A DNA stretch of 64,000 nt, from positions 74,503 through 138,502 of IMG/VR virus record IMGVR_UViG_3300030090_007212. The stretch is one strand, 5' to 3'. The notes beneath the pieces are model-generated. The model was not told where the DNA came from, made no database searches, and saw only the letters and a program-made list of their open reading frames with translations. Both the position numbers and the translations under genes were made by a program. Positions 10,199 through 19,757 of this stretch are shown piece after piece. The number at the start of each line of letters is the position of its first letter. Position 1 is the stretch's first letter. This DNA is from a virus.

Positions 10199-13100
10199 TT
10201 AAGTTAACCCATTAGTTGTATAAGTAAATAATTTATTAGTTTCACTTCCTTTATCATCTTCATATATTGCCAATATTTTAACCTGATTAGGTTTAGATTC
10301 TAATTTTTTAATAGTATTCCTATTATTTGTCATCAGTGTATCTATCTCATTTAATCTTTGGATTTCATAAGAAGTATTTAAGGACAAACTATCTCTTTCT
10401 GATTGTAATATCCCATTATCAATTTGTAATTGATTTATTCTATCGTAATTTTGTTGATAATTAGAAATATAGGAAGTTAAATCATATTCTTTTTCTTTTT
10501 TATTTTGGGTTTTATTAAGAACGTCTTTAAAATTATTTGGTGTATCTTGTGTCTGTACTTTTACTTTAATTTTTTTATTATCATCTGGAGTGGCAACCAC
10601 TATTTTATTATTATCTTTTTTATTGATATTAATTGTATTATTAGGTGGTGTACCAGTTTCACTACCAGTCTTTTTGGAGTCTTCCTCTTGTTTTACAATA
10701 CCTTCTTGTTTAAGAGAATCAGTAACTTTTAATAATCCTTCAGGTCCTAAAGCATTTTCTTTCATTTGACCTAATTTTAATCCATCTACTATTGTACCGG
10801 TAGACTTATCTACTGAATCTGCCCTAACATCATACATTTCAGTATTTGCGTAAAAATTAAAAGATAATGCATTTTGTAGTCTATTGATTGGGTTTAATAA
10901 GGAATGTCCCCCTATTAAATCTATAGACATAGTTACATTTGCCATCATAGGTTGTACACCTATACCCGATGGATTCATATCCCATTGTATTCCATTACCT
11001 GCCTCATACGTAATATTAAGACTATTAATAACTATTTTAGTATGAAAGAAATCTCCAATTCTTAGGATACAAATTGGTGGTCTACCAAATGCTAAATTTT
11101 GTGGTTGTACCGTATCTTTATCATCATATATACTAGGTCCTTGTCTCATACATTGTTGTAAGAAAGTTAATCTAGTATTTAACCCTTCCGGTGTCATAGA
11201 GTGAAAACCAGGATGGAAATATTTTATTTTTTCTGATATAGTAGAAAAATAGTTAGGGAAATTAGCATCAACAAATTCAAAATAACCATTTTCATCAATA
11301 ACTAAACTATCAATAAGTTGTACTTCTTCAGGATAAAACGAAAGGTCACCTAAAGATTGATCTTTATGATTAATATCTTTACCTTTTAACGCATCATTTT
11401 GTACCGTAACCATTACTCTTCTATCACTAGGACTACTAGAAGAAGGTTCACCTTTTCCAATAATTTGTTTACTATAATCCGATGAATTAACTCCAGCACT
11501 AGTAAGTCCATTATTAATACTTGACCAAACTGCATTTGCTCTTAAAGTACTAATTTGTTGTGAATCTTGTTCATCATCCGATCCCGCAAATCCCTCAACA
11601 GTAATTTTTACTTTATCTTCACCATTTATAATAGTTTGTATTTTACTTACTACCGAAGCAGTTGAAGAGGGTGTCCATGTATCTGATTCATCAGTATCGA
11701 ATTGGAATTCAAAGGTTTCTTTAATAGAGGTTGTATTACTTACTTTTTCTAATTGTATTTCATTATACTTTTTAGTTATTTCGTCTTTTTGATTTTGACT
11801 AATACTACTATTCTTATCTAAAAATTCTAAAAATTGGGTAGGTGTAATACATCCCGCAAAAAATCTTTCTATTGCATCGGTTCTTTTACCTCTATAACCA
11901 TTAATAACTCTAGGATGATCAACTAATACTTTGAAACTTAATTGACCAGTTCTATTGGTGTTGTTATATGTGAAAACTGGTTCACCTCTTCCAATAAAGT
12001 CTGTTTTATTCCAATTCGCTGCAACACTTTCATCAAATCTTAAATCATAAGGTGGAAACCACATAATTCTTCCTTTATTACCACTTAAAATATCTCCCGG
12101 ACCGATTTCATTAAGAGGTAAATCTGCCAAATTATCTGCCCACGCTAAATTTTCTAACGATAACATAAACTTTTTAAATGTAGTTTTAGAATCATCTTTA
12201 GTAGGATGTGTTTTTACAAATCCATTATCATTCAAAACACTTAAAGATGCTTTTTCATTTGTAACCGAAAATCCAGGTAACGTAGGATCTGGCGAAGAAA
12301 ATAATCCCGTATTTCTTATAGCATTAAGATAATTGTAATTATCATTAACTGTCCATACTCTACAGAAATTACCATTTGCCTCTGCCTCAATTAAACTAAA
12401 TTTACTTATAGCATTTCCTCTACTTATAAGTTTATCTTCTGTTTTGTCTTTAAAATATTTTTTGGTTTGGTTAATCCATACACCATCAGGATGTTCATCT
12501 ACTAATTTTTGTGTTTTATATAATAATGTTTTTTCATTAAAATTAGATTGGTCACCAGTGTTCCAAAAGAATTTTTCATCTACCGTTGTTGTTTTAGTAG
12601 TGTCTGGTGAGTCCAAACCATCTGCCCCATTAAACTCATCACTTTGAAAAACTTGAGTGATTGTTGCCCCTCTATTTGTACTTCTCTCACTACCTATATA
12701 ATATCTACTATTAGTACCTTCTTCTGAAGTTCCTACCATTCTTCTGTCCGTATAATTTGGGACATATAAATTTTGTTGGAAAGATGTTAATAAAAATCCT
12801 ACTTGTTGGGCACTAGTTTTTTCTAACAAACTATTCACTCTCGCCTCAGTTGATAAAGAAGGATTAGTATAATTACCTAATTCTGAATTTACTTTTTGTA
12901 ATTGAGATGCTATTTGATTATCTTTACTGTTGGAGTTATATTCTTGCCAACCTACCGCATCATTAGATAAAGTGTTAAAATATGATTGTGTCCCATTTAT
13001 ACGATTAATATATTCATCTACACCAAATAAACCAGTAGTAATAGAATCAGTTTTATCGGTTTCTACTTGTGCAATTTTATTACTAACAGAAATTTGTAAT

Positions 13101-13630
13101 TCTTCACCACCAACTAACCCTAAAGAAGATTCCTTAGTTAAATTTAAATTCTGATATCTATCTATTACCGTATAAGGGTTAACCACACCTTTTTTATCAC
13201 CTTTATTTATTAAATCAAAATTATCTTCATTATATTGAGTTGGGTAAGGTCCTTTTGGTGGAGTTTCTGTCCATCCCGGTATTGGTGGAATAGGATTTAT
13301 ATAATCACTATAACCAATAACACCATAATTGTCATTAAGTGGTGCAAACTGATTATTGTTTACATTTTTTGTATCCCTATAAAATATACCTAAAGGGAAT
13401 AGTTTTTTATCTTCATCGTAATGTAAAGGGATATTTTCATCTTGTGTTCCCCATATAGGAACATTTACTACTTTACCAATATCTTGTAAATAAGTTGTTA
13501 ATCCTGCCTGTGATAATGTATCACTTACTGGTGGTGGAAGGTTTCTTCCCAATAACATATCCCTATAATCTGAAGTACTATACGGTCCGAATCCCGCTAG
13601 AGTCTTGTTATAATCTAATATTCCTGGCAT
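10199..13630 (-). CDS. Baseplate / tail-tube-initiator-like protein with inserted OmpA-like domain
   Basis: 1143 aa. ANWNKTDFIGRGEPVFTYNNTNRTGQLSF and PPICILRIGD motifs (tube-initiator-like) flank an OmpA-like segment at about 11400-11715. Confidence 0.7.
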   Translation of the reverse strand: MPGILDYNKTLAGFGPYSTSDYRDMLLGRNLPPPVSDTLSQAGLTTYLQDIGKVVNVPIWGTQDENIPLHYDEDKKLFPLGIFYRDTKNVNNNQFAPLNDNYGVIGYSDYINPIPPIPGWTETPPKGPYPTQYNEDNFDLINKGDKKGVVNPYTVIDRYQNLNLTKESSLGLVGGEELQISVSNKIAQVETDKTDSITTGLFGVDEYINRINGTQSYFNTLSNDAVGWQEYNSNSKDNQIASQLQKVNSELGNYTNPSLSTEARVNSLLEKTSAQQVGFLLTSFQQNLYVPNYTDRRMVGTSEEGTNSRYYIGSERSTNRGATITQVFQSDEFNGADGLDSPDTTKTTTVDEKFFWNTGDQSNFNEKTLLYKTQKLVDEHPDGVWINQTKKYFKDKTEDKLISRGNAISKFSLIEAEANGNFCRVWTVNDNYNYLNAIRNTGLFSSPDPTLPGFSVTNEKASLSVLNDNGFVKTHPTKDDSKTTFKKFMLSLENLAWADNLADLPLNEIGPGDILSGNKGRIMWFPPYDLRFDESVAANWNKTDFIGRGEPVFTYNNTNRTGQLSFKVLVDHPRVINGYRGKRTDAIERFFAGCITPTQFLEFLDKNSSISQNQKDEITKKYNEIQLEKVSNTTSIKETFEFQFDTDESDTWTPSSTASVVSKIQTIINGEDKVKITVEGFAGSDDEQDSQQISTLRANAVWSSINNGLTSAGVNSSDYSKQIIGKGEPSSSSPSDRRVMVTVQNDALKGKDINHKDQSLGDLSFYPEEVQLIDSLVIDENGYFEFVDANFPNYFSTISEKIKYFHPGFHSMTPEGLNTRLTFLQQCMRQGPSIYDDKDTVQPQNLAFGRPPICILRIGDFFHTKIVINSLNITYEAGNGIQWDMNPSGIGVQPMMANVTMSIDLIGGHSLLNPINRLQNALSFNFYANTEMYDVRADSVDKSTGTIVDGLKLGQMKENALGPEGLLKVTDSLKQEGIVKQEEDSKKTGSETGTPPNNTININKKDNNKIVVATPDDNKKIKVKVQTQDTPNNFKDVLNKTQNKKEKEYDLTSYISNYQQNYDRINQLQIDNGILQSERDSLSLNTSYEIQRLNEIDTLMTNNRNTIKKLESKPNQVKILAIYEDDKGSETNKLFTYTTNGLT

Positions 13631-13830
13631 ATTTATACTTTATATATAAATATTTAAACAAGAAATTCCAGGAAAATTATTATGAACTTTATTATAACAA
13701 GATAATTTATTATATTTGTTCTTGTTATTTTTTAATATTTTTAAACTGTTTATATTTGGTCCTTATAATAGTACAGAAAATTTTCTTCAAAGTAAAGTGT
13801 TTACACTTAAAAAAATAATTTTTTTTTCAA

Positions 13831-15780
13831 TTAAGAATCGTAAACTTGTTTTGATGTTATAGTACCACCATTTCTATCTTTTTGATTAATAATGTCTACA
13901 ACCATTTTTCTTAATTCTGGTGCTTTAATGGATGCTATTGCACCTGATGCTCCGGTTATTCTTATTTCCCCATTTAAATTAACGTTAGTAGGTGAGGTAT
14001 TGGTAGATGTATTATTAATTGCTTGATTTAATAATTTGTCAATTACACCACCTTTTTTAGCACCTAATACGTCATCTTGAGATGTAAAACTACTATGTCT
14101 ACCATCATTCCTTGATAAAAAATCACTGTCAGTATCCGTTGTATTAGGCATAGGTGAAGTTGTATCTTCTATAGTGGTATTAGGACTAATAACTTTTAAG
14201 TCACCGGTTACTTTATCTATTGTAATAGTCTGAGGATTATTAATATCTATTGCTGACCCGCTTAATAAATCTACTATGTTGTTTATTGATTTAGACATTT
14301 CATCGTCAAATACTGCACCTTGACTAAACATTTTTTCCATTTGTTCTGCCAAAAGGCTTTGATCGAAACTTTCTTTTATTTTTTCTAAACTAGTGGTAAG
14401 AGCAGAATTCAAAGAGGATATAGTTTTAACAGAAGACTCCTCCATTTGTCTATACACATCGATATCTTTAACAAATCCCAATTCAAATGCTTTTTCCATA
14501 TTCTGCAATCTTTGATTTGTAGTCTGTGCTTCATATAACATTGATCCCATATAATCCTCTTCGTTTTGAGGTGCTTTCAATATCATTTCTGCATGACCAC
14601 TTGTTAAATCTTCTAACGCCTTAGTTTGTTTTTCACCATTTTCATCCACAAAATCTACTACCATTTGTCCATCTTGCATTCTCGCCATATTACCAATACC
14701 CTCCATTTCTTCATCAGTAAACATCCCTTTACTTGATAATAATGTTTTAGCATCATTTAATTTGGCTGTTTGACGAGCCATTTCAGTCATTTTTTGAACA
14801 TCAATACCTAATTGATCACCTGCGGATTTTAATTGCATTCTGGCTTCTGCGGGTAATTCATATTCACCTGTTACCTCATTAAATTGTAACATGTTTTCTG
14901 TCATATCCGACAACCTTTTTGCTAATTCTTCTGGTTTATTTCGGGCTAAATACATAGTTTCGAAAGGATCACCAAACGCTTCTGCTATATCTCCCCCTAA
15001 CATTTGTAAATTCGCTGCTGCCTCAATTGCTGCTTCAGGTTGGTAAAATTTATCTGCCATTCCAATAACATCGGCAATATCCAATCTCATTTTAACTGCT
15101 TGTTTTGCCATTTCAGTCATACCTTTAACTCCATTAGCAAAAGAATATGACTGGAGAGAATTCATATTTTTTGATAATTCTTTCATCACTTTAGACGAAT
15201 TTAACCCTATTTTCTGTGACGAAATAACTACATCTTCCATACTTTTACTTGCGGATTCATTAGAAATACCCATCATTTCTAACGTTTCAAATAATTGAGC
15301 ACTTTCTGTACCCATAAGATTAGTTGCTGCACCTAATTTATAGATATTTGCTACCTCTTCTTCACCTAAAATTCTTACTCTACCAGAAGAATCTGCAAAA
15401 TCTTGATAGATAGCTTGCACATCTCCCATATCACCACCAAACTCTTTTATAATTGCAGCAGCACCTTTAAATTGGGTACTTAAATCTGCCGTGCGGTGTA
15501 CAGATAAACCTATACTTATGGAAGTTTCTTTATATTTTTCCGCTAATTGTTCAGCTAACTTATATTGTCTACCGGTGTCGTAGGTAAACTCTTTCATACT
15601 TTTCACCATACTAGACACCGTATCTTTATAGTCTTTTAGAATATTTTTACTCTTACCAATATTAGAACTGAAGTTTTCCGCCTCTCTATTAAGGTTTTTC
15701 ATATCAACCCTTAACTGATCGATTTCGGCTCTTAAAATTTTTATCTGTTCATCAGGTGGTAAAGTATCAAATGCTGCCAT
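13831..15780 (-). CDS. Tape-measure-like protein
   Basis: 649 aa, helical and A/M/Q-rich, located between the tail chaperone and baseplate genes. Confidence 0.7.
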   Translation of the reverse strand: MAAFDTLPPDEQIKILRAEIDQLRVDMKNLNREAENFSSNIGKSKNILKDYKDTVSSMVKSMKEFTYDTGRQYKLAEQLAEKYKETSISIGLSVHRTADLSTQFKGAAAIIKEFGGDMGDVQAIYQDFADSSGRVRILGEEEVANIYKLGAATNLMGTESAQLFETLEMMGISNESASKSMEDVVISSQKIGLNSSKVMKELSKNMNSLQSYSFANGVKGMTEMAKQAVKMRLDIADVIGMADKFYQPEAAIEAAANLQMLGGDIAEAFGDPFETMYLARNKPEELAKRLSDMTENMLQFNEVTGEYELPAEARMQLKSAGDQLGIDVQKMTEMARQTAKLNDAKTLLSSKGMFTDEEMEGIGNMARMQDGQMVVDFVDENGEKQTKALEDLTSGHAEMILKAPQNEEDYMGSMLYEAQTTNQRLQNMEKAFELGFVKDIDVYRQMEESSVKTISSLNSALTTSLEKIKESFDQSLLAEQMEKMFSQGAVFDDEMSKSINNIVDLLSGSAIDINNPQTITIDKVTGDLKVISPNTTIEDTTSPMPNTTDTDSDFLSRNDGRHSSFTSQDDVLGAKKGGVIDKLLNQAINNTSTNTSPTNVNLNGEIRITGASGAIASIKAPELRKMVVDIINQKDRNGGTITSKQVYDS

Positions 15781-15905
15781 TACTTATTTTTTTGTTTTTT
15801 AATATTTTTATCTATTTTTTGATTCTTAACTTTATCTTTTTTTAAGTTTTTTAATATTTTTTCAAATCTTTCTATTTCTTTATTTATAATTGTTGAACCA
15901 AACAT
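15780..15905 (-). CDS. Small lysine-rich protein (41 aa)
   Basis: Manual translation MFGSTIINKEIERFEKILKNLKKDKVKNQKIDKNIKKQKNK. Starts 1 bp after the upstream stop; its TAA overlaps the tape-measure ATG (TAATG). Confidence 0.6.
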   Translation of the reverse strand: MFGSTIINKEIERFEKILKNLKKDKVKNQKIDKNIKKQKNK

Positions 15906-15906
15906 A

Positions 15907-16374
15907 TTACTTTTTTTTTCGTATAGAATAATTAATAGATTCTTCAGGACCTATAAGTTTTTCTCTCCCTCTTCTATATATTAAAAGACCCTTTTCTCTT
16001 TGTTTTTTAAAATCCTTCAAAGTAGAGTAATAAAGTCTAATTACAAATGTTTTAGGCATACTAGATGTGCGCAAGTCCATATAATTATTATTACCATTAA
16101 CCACTTTAAAATACATTAAACCTTTTAATTTTCGGTCAAAATTTTCAATACCATACTTAGGTAATTGTAATTCAAATTCCCCATCAAAATCAATTTCTAT
16201 ATATGAAAACCCTAAAGAGTTCTTATGTAAAGAACGTTTTAATTCTTGCACCTCATCATACATTTTTCGTAATTGTTTAGACTGTGAGGGACTTTCTTTA
16301 AGTAATAAAGTAATATTATTATTAATTTCTTTTATTAATTTATTATAATACTCTATTTTATCATTAGATTTCAT
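15907..16374 (-). CDS. Hypothetical protein
   Basis: 155-aa ORF with ATATTTATA motif at 16388-16396. Confidence 0.75.
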   Translation of the reverse strand: MKSNDKIEYYNKLIKEINNNITLLLKESPSQSKQLRKMYDEVQELKRSLHKNSLGFSYIEIDFDGEFELQLPKYGIENFDRKLKGLMYFKVVNGNNNYMDLRTSSMPKTFVIRLYYSTLKDFKKQREKGLLIYRRGREKLIGPEESINYSIRKKK

Positions 16375-16409
16375 ATATATCTTTATATATAAATATCTAT
16401 TCTCTAAAA

Positions 16410-16562
16410 TTAATCTTCTTTAGGTGTTAAATAATTTATATAATATCTACGGATATGGGTAGACATCATCATAGTGTCAGAATACGAAAATCCTTTATGA
16501 ACTAAAAATAATTGTTCATTTAATAAATTTTGGTAGTAATGTTTAGATTTCAGGATACCAAA
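16410..16562 (-). CDS. gp51-like / chaperone C-terminal extension, probably reached by frameshift from the upstream gene
   Basis: YYQNLLNEQLFLVHKGFSYSDTMMMSTHIRRYYINYL resembles short gp51-like proteins. It overlaps the end of the 256-aa gene in the +1 frame. Confidence 0.55.
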   Translation of the reverse strand, partial: FGILKSKHYYQNLLNEQLFLVHKGFSYSDTMMMSTHIRRYYINYLTPKED

Positions 16563-17313
16563 AATTCCTTCCCAATCTAAGAAAGCAACCAACGGACCCT
16601 CCCCCCTGAGTCCGAGCATTAGTTTCTAAATTTATTCCCGGTTCTATTTCCCCAATATATTTATTAAACTTTCGTATTTCTATAAGGTTTAATGTTTTCA
16701 ATATATGAGATATTTTCATTTTATCTCTTTCCCCATCTATCTCCATAATAGAACGTTCTAATCTTAATGTAGTATTAGTAGAAATACCCCCATTCTTTTC
16801 TTTTTGTTTTTGATCGATATTTTCTATTTCTTTTTCGTCTTTATGAGTTAGTAATCTAAACTTAATTTTTTTATTAGTTTTAGTAAAAATATAATCAAAT
16901 TCCCCTTTTTCATCAGGTTTAACATTTAAATTTTTCATTTTAAGTTCACTTAAATCTATAATTCCTTCTACTAAATTTCTATCTTCATCAAAAACAGTTT
17001 GGTAGTATTCATTACCTAATCCTGTAGTCCTTAAAAATAATAAAATTGCCATTCTATCCCCACTTAATAGTTCATCATGATCAAAACCCAATTCTTTTAC
17101 TTTCCTTTCTATTAAAACATCTAATGCTTTACCATTAGATAAAAGATTAGGGGAAGTTAAAATATTTTCATCATAAGCAGTCATATATTCTACCTTAACT
17201 GACGATTTTTTATTCTTATATAAAAGACCTTGAGAAGGTAAATCTATAACATCAAAAGGGACTTTATATTCTTCCGGAACATAATTCGGATCAACAAACA
17301 TTTTCTTTTCCAT
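16543..17313 (-). CDS. Baseplate hub assembly / tail assembly chaperone (T4 gp26-like)
   Basis: IDLPSQG...YMTAYDENILT...LLSGDR...FRLLTHKDE and C-terminal NFWYP, a gp26-like pattern; upstream of the tape measure. Confidence 0.75.
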   Translation of the reverse strand: MEKKMFVDPNYVPEEYKVPFDVIDLPSQGLLYKNKKSSVKVEYMTAYDENILTSPNLLSNGKALDVLIERKVKELGFDHDELLSGDRMAILLFLRTTGLGNEYYQTVFDEDRNLVEGIIDLSELKMKNLNVKPDEKGEFDYIFTKTNKKIKFRLLTHKDEKEIENIDQKQKEKNGGISTNTTLRLERSIMEIDGERDKMKISHILKTLNLIEIRKFNKYIGEIEPGINLETNARTQGGGSVGCFLRLGRNFWYPEI

Positions 17314-17358
17314 AAAACTAATTTAATATATTATATAAATATAGTAAATAGTAAAATT

Positions 17359-18951
17359 TTACCAATTTCTAGTATTATCTATTACCTCAATGTTAACCTC
17401 TTCTACTTTTTGATTTTTGATACATTCTGCCTTTGCGTTTTCGATTGCACTTTTCCAATTTTCCCCCTGCTCTCCAGACAGACTCATCATACCATCAAAA
17501 ACCTTTTCAGAATCTCTTTTATAACCAGTAATTTGTTCGTCACTGAGACCGGGCGTATTAATTATAATCTGTTGAATTTCTGCTGTCTCTTCCTCAATTA
17601 CCCCCATACTCATTGCTGATAGTATTTGAGAATCAGTTTTATCATTAATATTTTTGCAGTTAATTATGGGATGTTGACCACTAGCAATCTTCTCAAAATT
17701 ACTTATTGTTTTCTTAATTACGTTAGATTTTGCAGTCGCTAAATTATACTTATTATCTGTTGCCCTTTCTAAAGCATCATTAAGACCTTTCATTGCTTCT
17801 TCGGCTACCTCCTTAGCATCGGGCATAAATTTGGCGAAAATATTTGCCCATTCATCAAACACTGCTCTGACAGGATTTTGCCCTTTTCTGGCTGCATCAA
17901 TTCCGATGTATGCTGAATACAAACCTGCCGGAATTACTACAATTCTCATAATATAAAAGGGAAGTAGACCTGCATAATCACTATAAGGATATTTTAAATA
18001 AGCTTTAAAAGGCCCTGTAATAGCACTTTTTGTACCACTCCAGATTTTTTGCAGTCTGGTTTTTTCTTCGATATCTGGCATATCATCTATTTTTTCTTTT
18101 ATTTTATCAACATTTACACCTGTACCCTCTATAGGTCCTTTAGGATTATTCTGTATATTGATGTTCTCAACATGTGCACCCTCTTGAATAATAAAAACAT
18201 TACTCCCCTCACTCTGCACTTTATTGGCTTCATTAGCAATAGCTGTCATATTTTCCTCTGTGGCTACTACAGTTTTACCATCTAATTCATCTAAAGATTT
18301 ACCTTTGGGGTCAACTACCTCATCTACTTTAGGTTTAGTAGGTTCAACCTCCCTCTTCTTAGGATCTACATTTTCAAATTCACCTTTTTCATTTTTCTTG
18401 TATTGATCAACTTTACCAGTTCCATCAGTTTTAGTTATTAATATTTCATCACCTACTTTTTCCACTTCTATTTTGGTAGGATTCATTTCTATTACTTTTG
18501 ACCCACCTAAAGCTTCACTGTATAATTCTACTACAGTTTCTCTCATTCCACCTTCGGTGGGTACATCTTTAAGGGCCGCTATAAAAGCATCTTTATCCAC
18601 ATTTTTTAACTGACCAGTATTTGCCATATAATCTAAACTTTTAATAAAACTATTTACCTTCACTAAATCTACAGCTGCCGGTACAAGTTGTTTCCAAACA
18701 TTAGGAAATTCATCAATATGTTTACTTAAATCGTCAAAAGTACCTATTTTAAAATTTAAATAATCAGTAAGAATTTTAGGATCAATAGTTTTTAGCCCAG
18801 CAGTAAATGCTCTCTTTAATGATTGAAATGGCCTTCTCTGTTCGTGTAACATAGAGGTATTTTTTACTAGATTACCATATAATCTCTCTTCTGAAAATAG
18901 GGATTTCATTCTTGAAATCTCTTCATTTAATGTTTTTATTTTATTTTTCAT
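17359..18951 (-). CDS. Putative virion-packaged protein with shared N-terminal domain and a hydrophobic segment
   Basis: 530 aa. Leader LNEEISRMKSLF...LHEQ, then about 135 aa paralogous to 23403..24719, then hydrophobic LLPFYIMRIVVIPAGLYSAYIGI. Confidence 0.7.
   Translation of the reverse strand: MKNKIKTLNEEISRMKSLFSEERLYGNLVKNTSMLHEQRRPFQSLKRAFTAGLKTIDPKILTDYLNFKIGTFDDLSKHIDEFPNVWKQLVPAAVDLVKVNSFIKSLDYMANTGQLKNVDKDAFIAALKDVPTEGGMRETVVELYSEALGGSKVIEMNPTKIEVEKVGDEILITKTDGTGKVDQYKKNEKGEFENVDPKKREVEPTKPKVDEVVDPKGKSLDELDGKTVVATEENMTAIANEANKVQSEGSNVFIIQEGAHVENINIQNNPKGPIEGTGVNVDKIKEKIDDMPDIEEKTRLQKIWSGTKSAITGPFKAYLKYPYSDYAGLLPFYIMRIVVIPAGLYSAYIGIDAARKGQNPVRAVFDEWANIFAKFMPDAKEVAEEAMKGLNDALERATDNKYNLATAKSNVIKKTISNFEKIASGQHPIINCKNINDKTDSQILSAMSMGVIEEETAEIQQIIINTPGLSDEQITGYKRDSEKVFDGMMSLSGEQGENWKSAIENAKAECIKNQKVEEVNIEVIDNTRNW
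18440..18843. repeat. Approximately 400-bp duplication, copy A
   Basis: Aligns by eye to 24250-24653 at an offset of about 5810 bp, with long identical runs such as cccagcagtaaatgctctctttaatgattg. Confidence 0.9.
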
Positions 18952-18960
18952 CTTTTTTTT

Positions 18961-19602
18961 TTAATATCCTAAATCTGCTTTAGTTAACACGTGGTTAGTA
19001 TTTCTTAACTCAGAAATTTTAACTAAAGGGTTACCTGAATTATCTAAAATCATAAAATCATCTCCTAATGTTTTAGTATCTATTCTTTTAGGGTTGTCGG
19101 TAGAATATACACCAGAATAAGTGAGATTTTTATAATTCAATATTATATTTGAGGGGTCACTATCATCACATTCAAATTTACCATCATATTGGACTTGAGC
19201 AAATTCTTTAGTACCATTTACTGCTTTTTGTAAAACACTTAAGGTATCAATATAAGTCATTCTCCCATTATCCCAAAAAGTGTAATTCATATCAGGATAA
19301 TTTCTTCCCTTATGTGTAATGTTACCAACAGAATGCATTAAATAACAATTTCCTACACCAGAATGTTTTTTAATAGTTATATTATTACTATCAATACCCT
19401 GTTGTGTCATCCATTTCTTAACGCATTGTAAAAAAGGTTTATTTTCACATCCTGCACTCGATGTTCTTTGTTCACTTTTATTATAAACTACATAACCCGC
19501 CTTCTCTAATTGTTTCTCACAATCCGCATGAGATTGTTCATTTAGACCCATTAAATGTCTTATCTGATTTATTTCGGTTATAATATTTTTTTTATTCTTC
19601 AT
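18961..19602 (-). CDS. Hypothetical protein with N-terminal leader
   Basis: 213 aa; begins MKNKKNIITEINQIRHLMGLNEQ. Confidence 0.75.
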   Translation of the reverse strand: MKNKKNIITEINQIRHLMGLNEQSHADCEKQLEKAGYVVYNKSEQRTSSAGCENKPFLQCVKKWMTQQGIDSNNITIKKHSGVGNCYLMHSVGNITHKGRNYPDMNYTFWDNGRMTYIDTLSVLQKAVNGTKEFAQVQYDGKFECDDSDPSNIILNYKNLTYSGVYSTDNPKRIDTKTLGDDFMILDNSGNPLVKISELRNTNHVLTKADLGY

Positions 19603-19753
19603 CTTTTTCTATAATGTTTAAAATCCTTTCAAATTCCTTAATATCCTCATTAATAAATATATCTTGTTCTGAATTAAAACCATATTCTATAATATAATTC
19701 TTATATTTATCCAGTTTTTCTTTTATTTCAATTAGAGTTATGTTATTTTCCAT
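19592..19753 (-). CDS. Small acidic protein (53 aa)
   Basis: Manual translation MENNITLIEIKEKLDKYKNYIIEYGFNSEQDIFINEDIKEFERILNIIEKDEE. Fills the gap and overlaps the next start. Confidence 0.65.
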   Translation of the reverse strand: MENNITLIEIKEKLDKYKNYIIEYGFNSEQDIFINEDIKEFERILNIIEKDEE

Positions 19754-19757
19754 TATG

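Noticed and set aside
13495-13818. 107-aa plus-strand ORF
   Set aside because: Non-ATG start, antisense overlap with the baseplate gene and low-complexity AT-derived composition.
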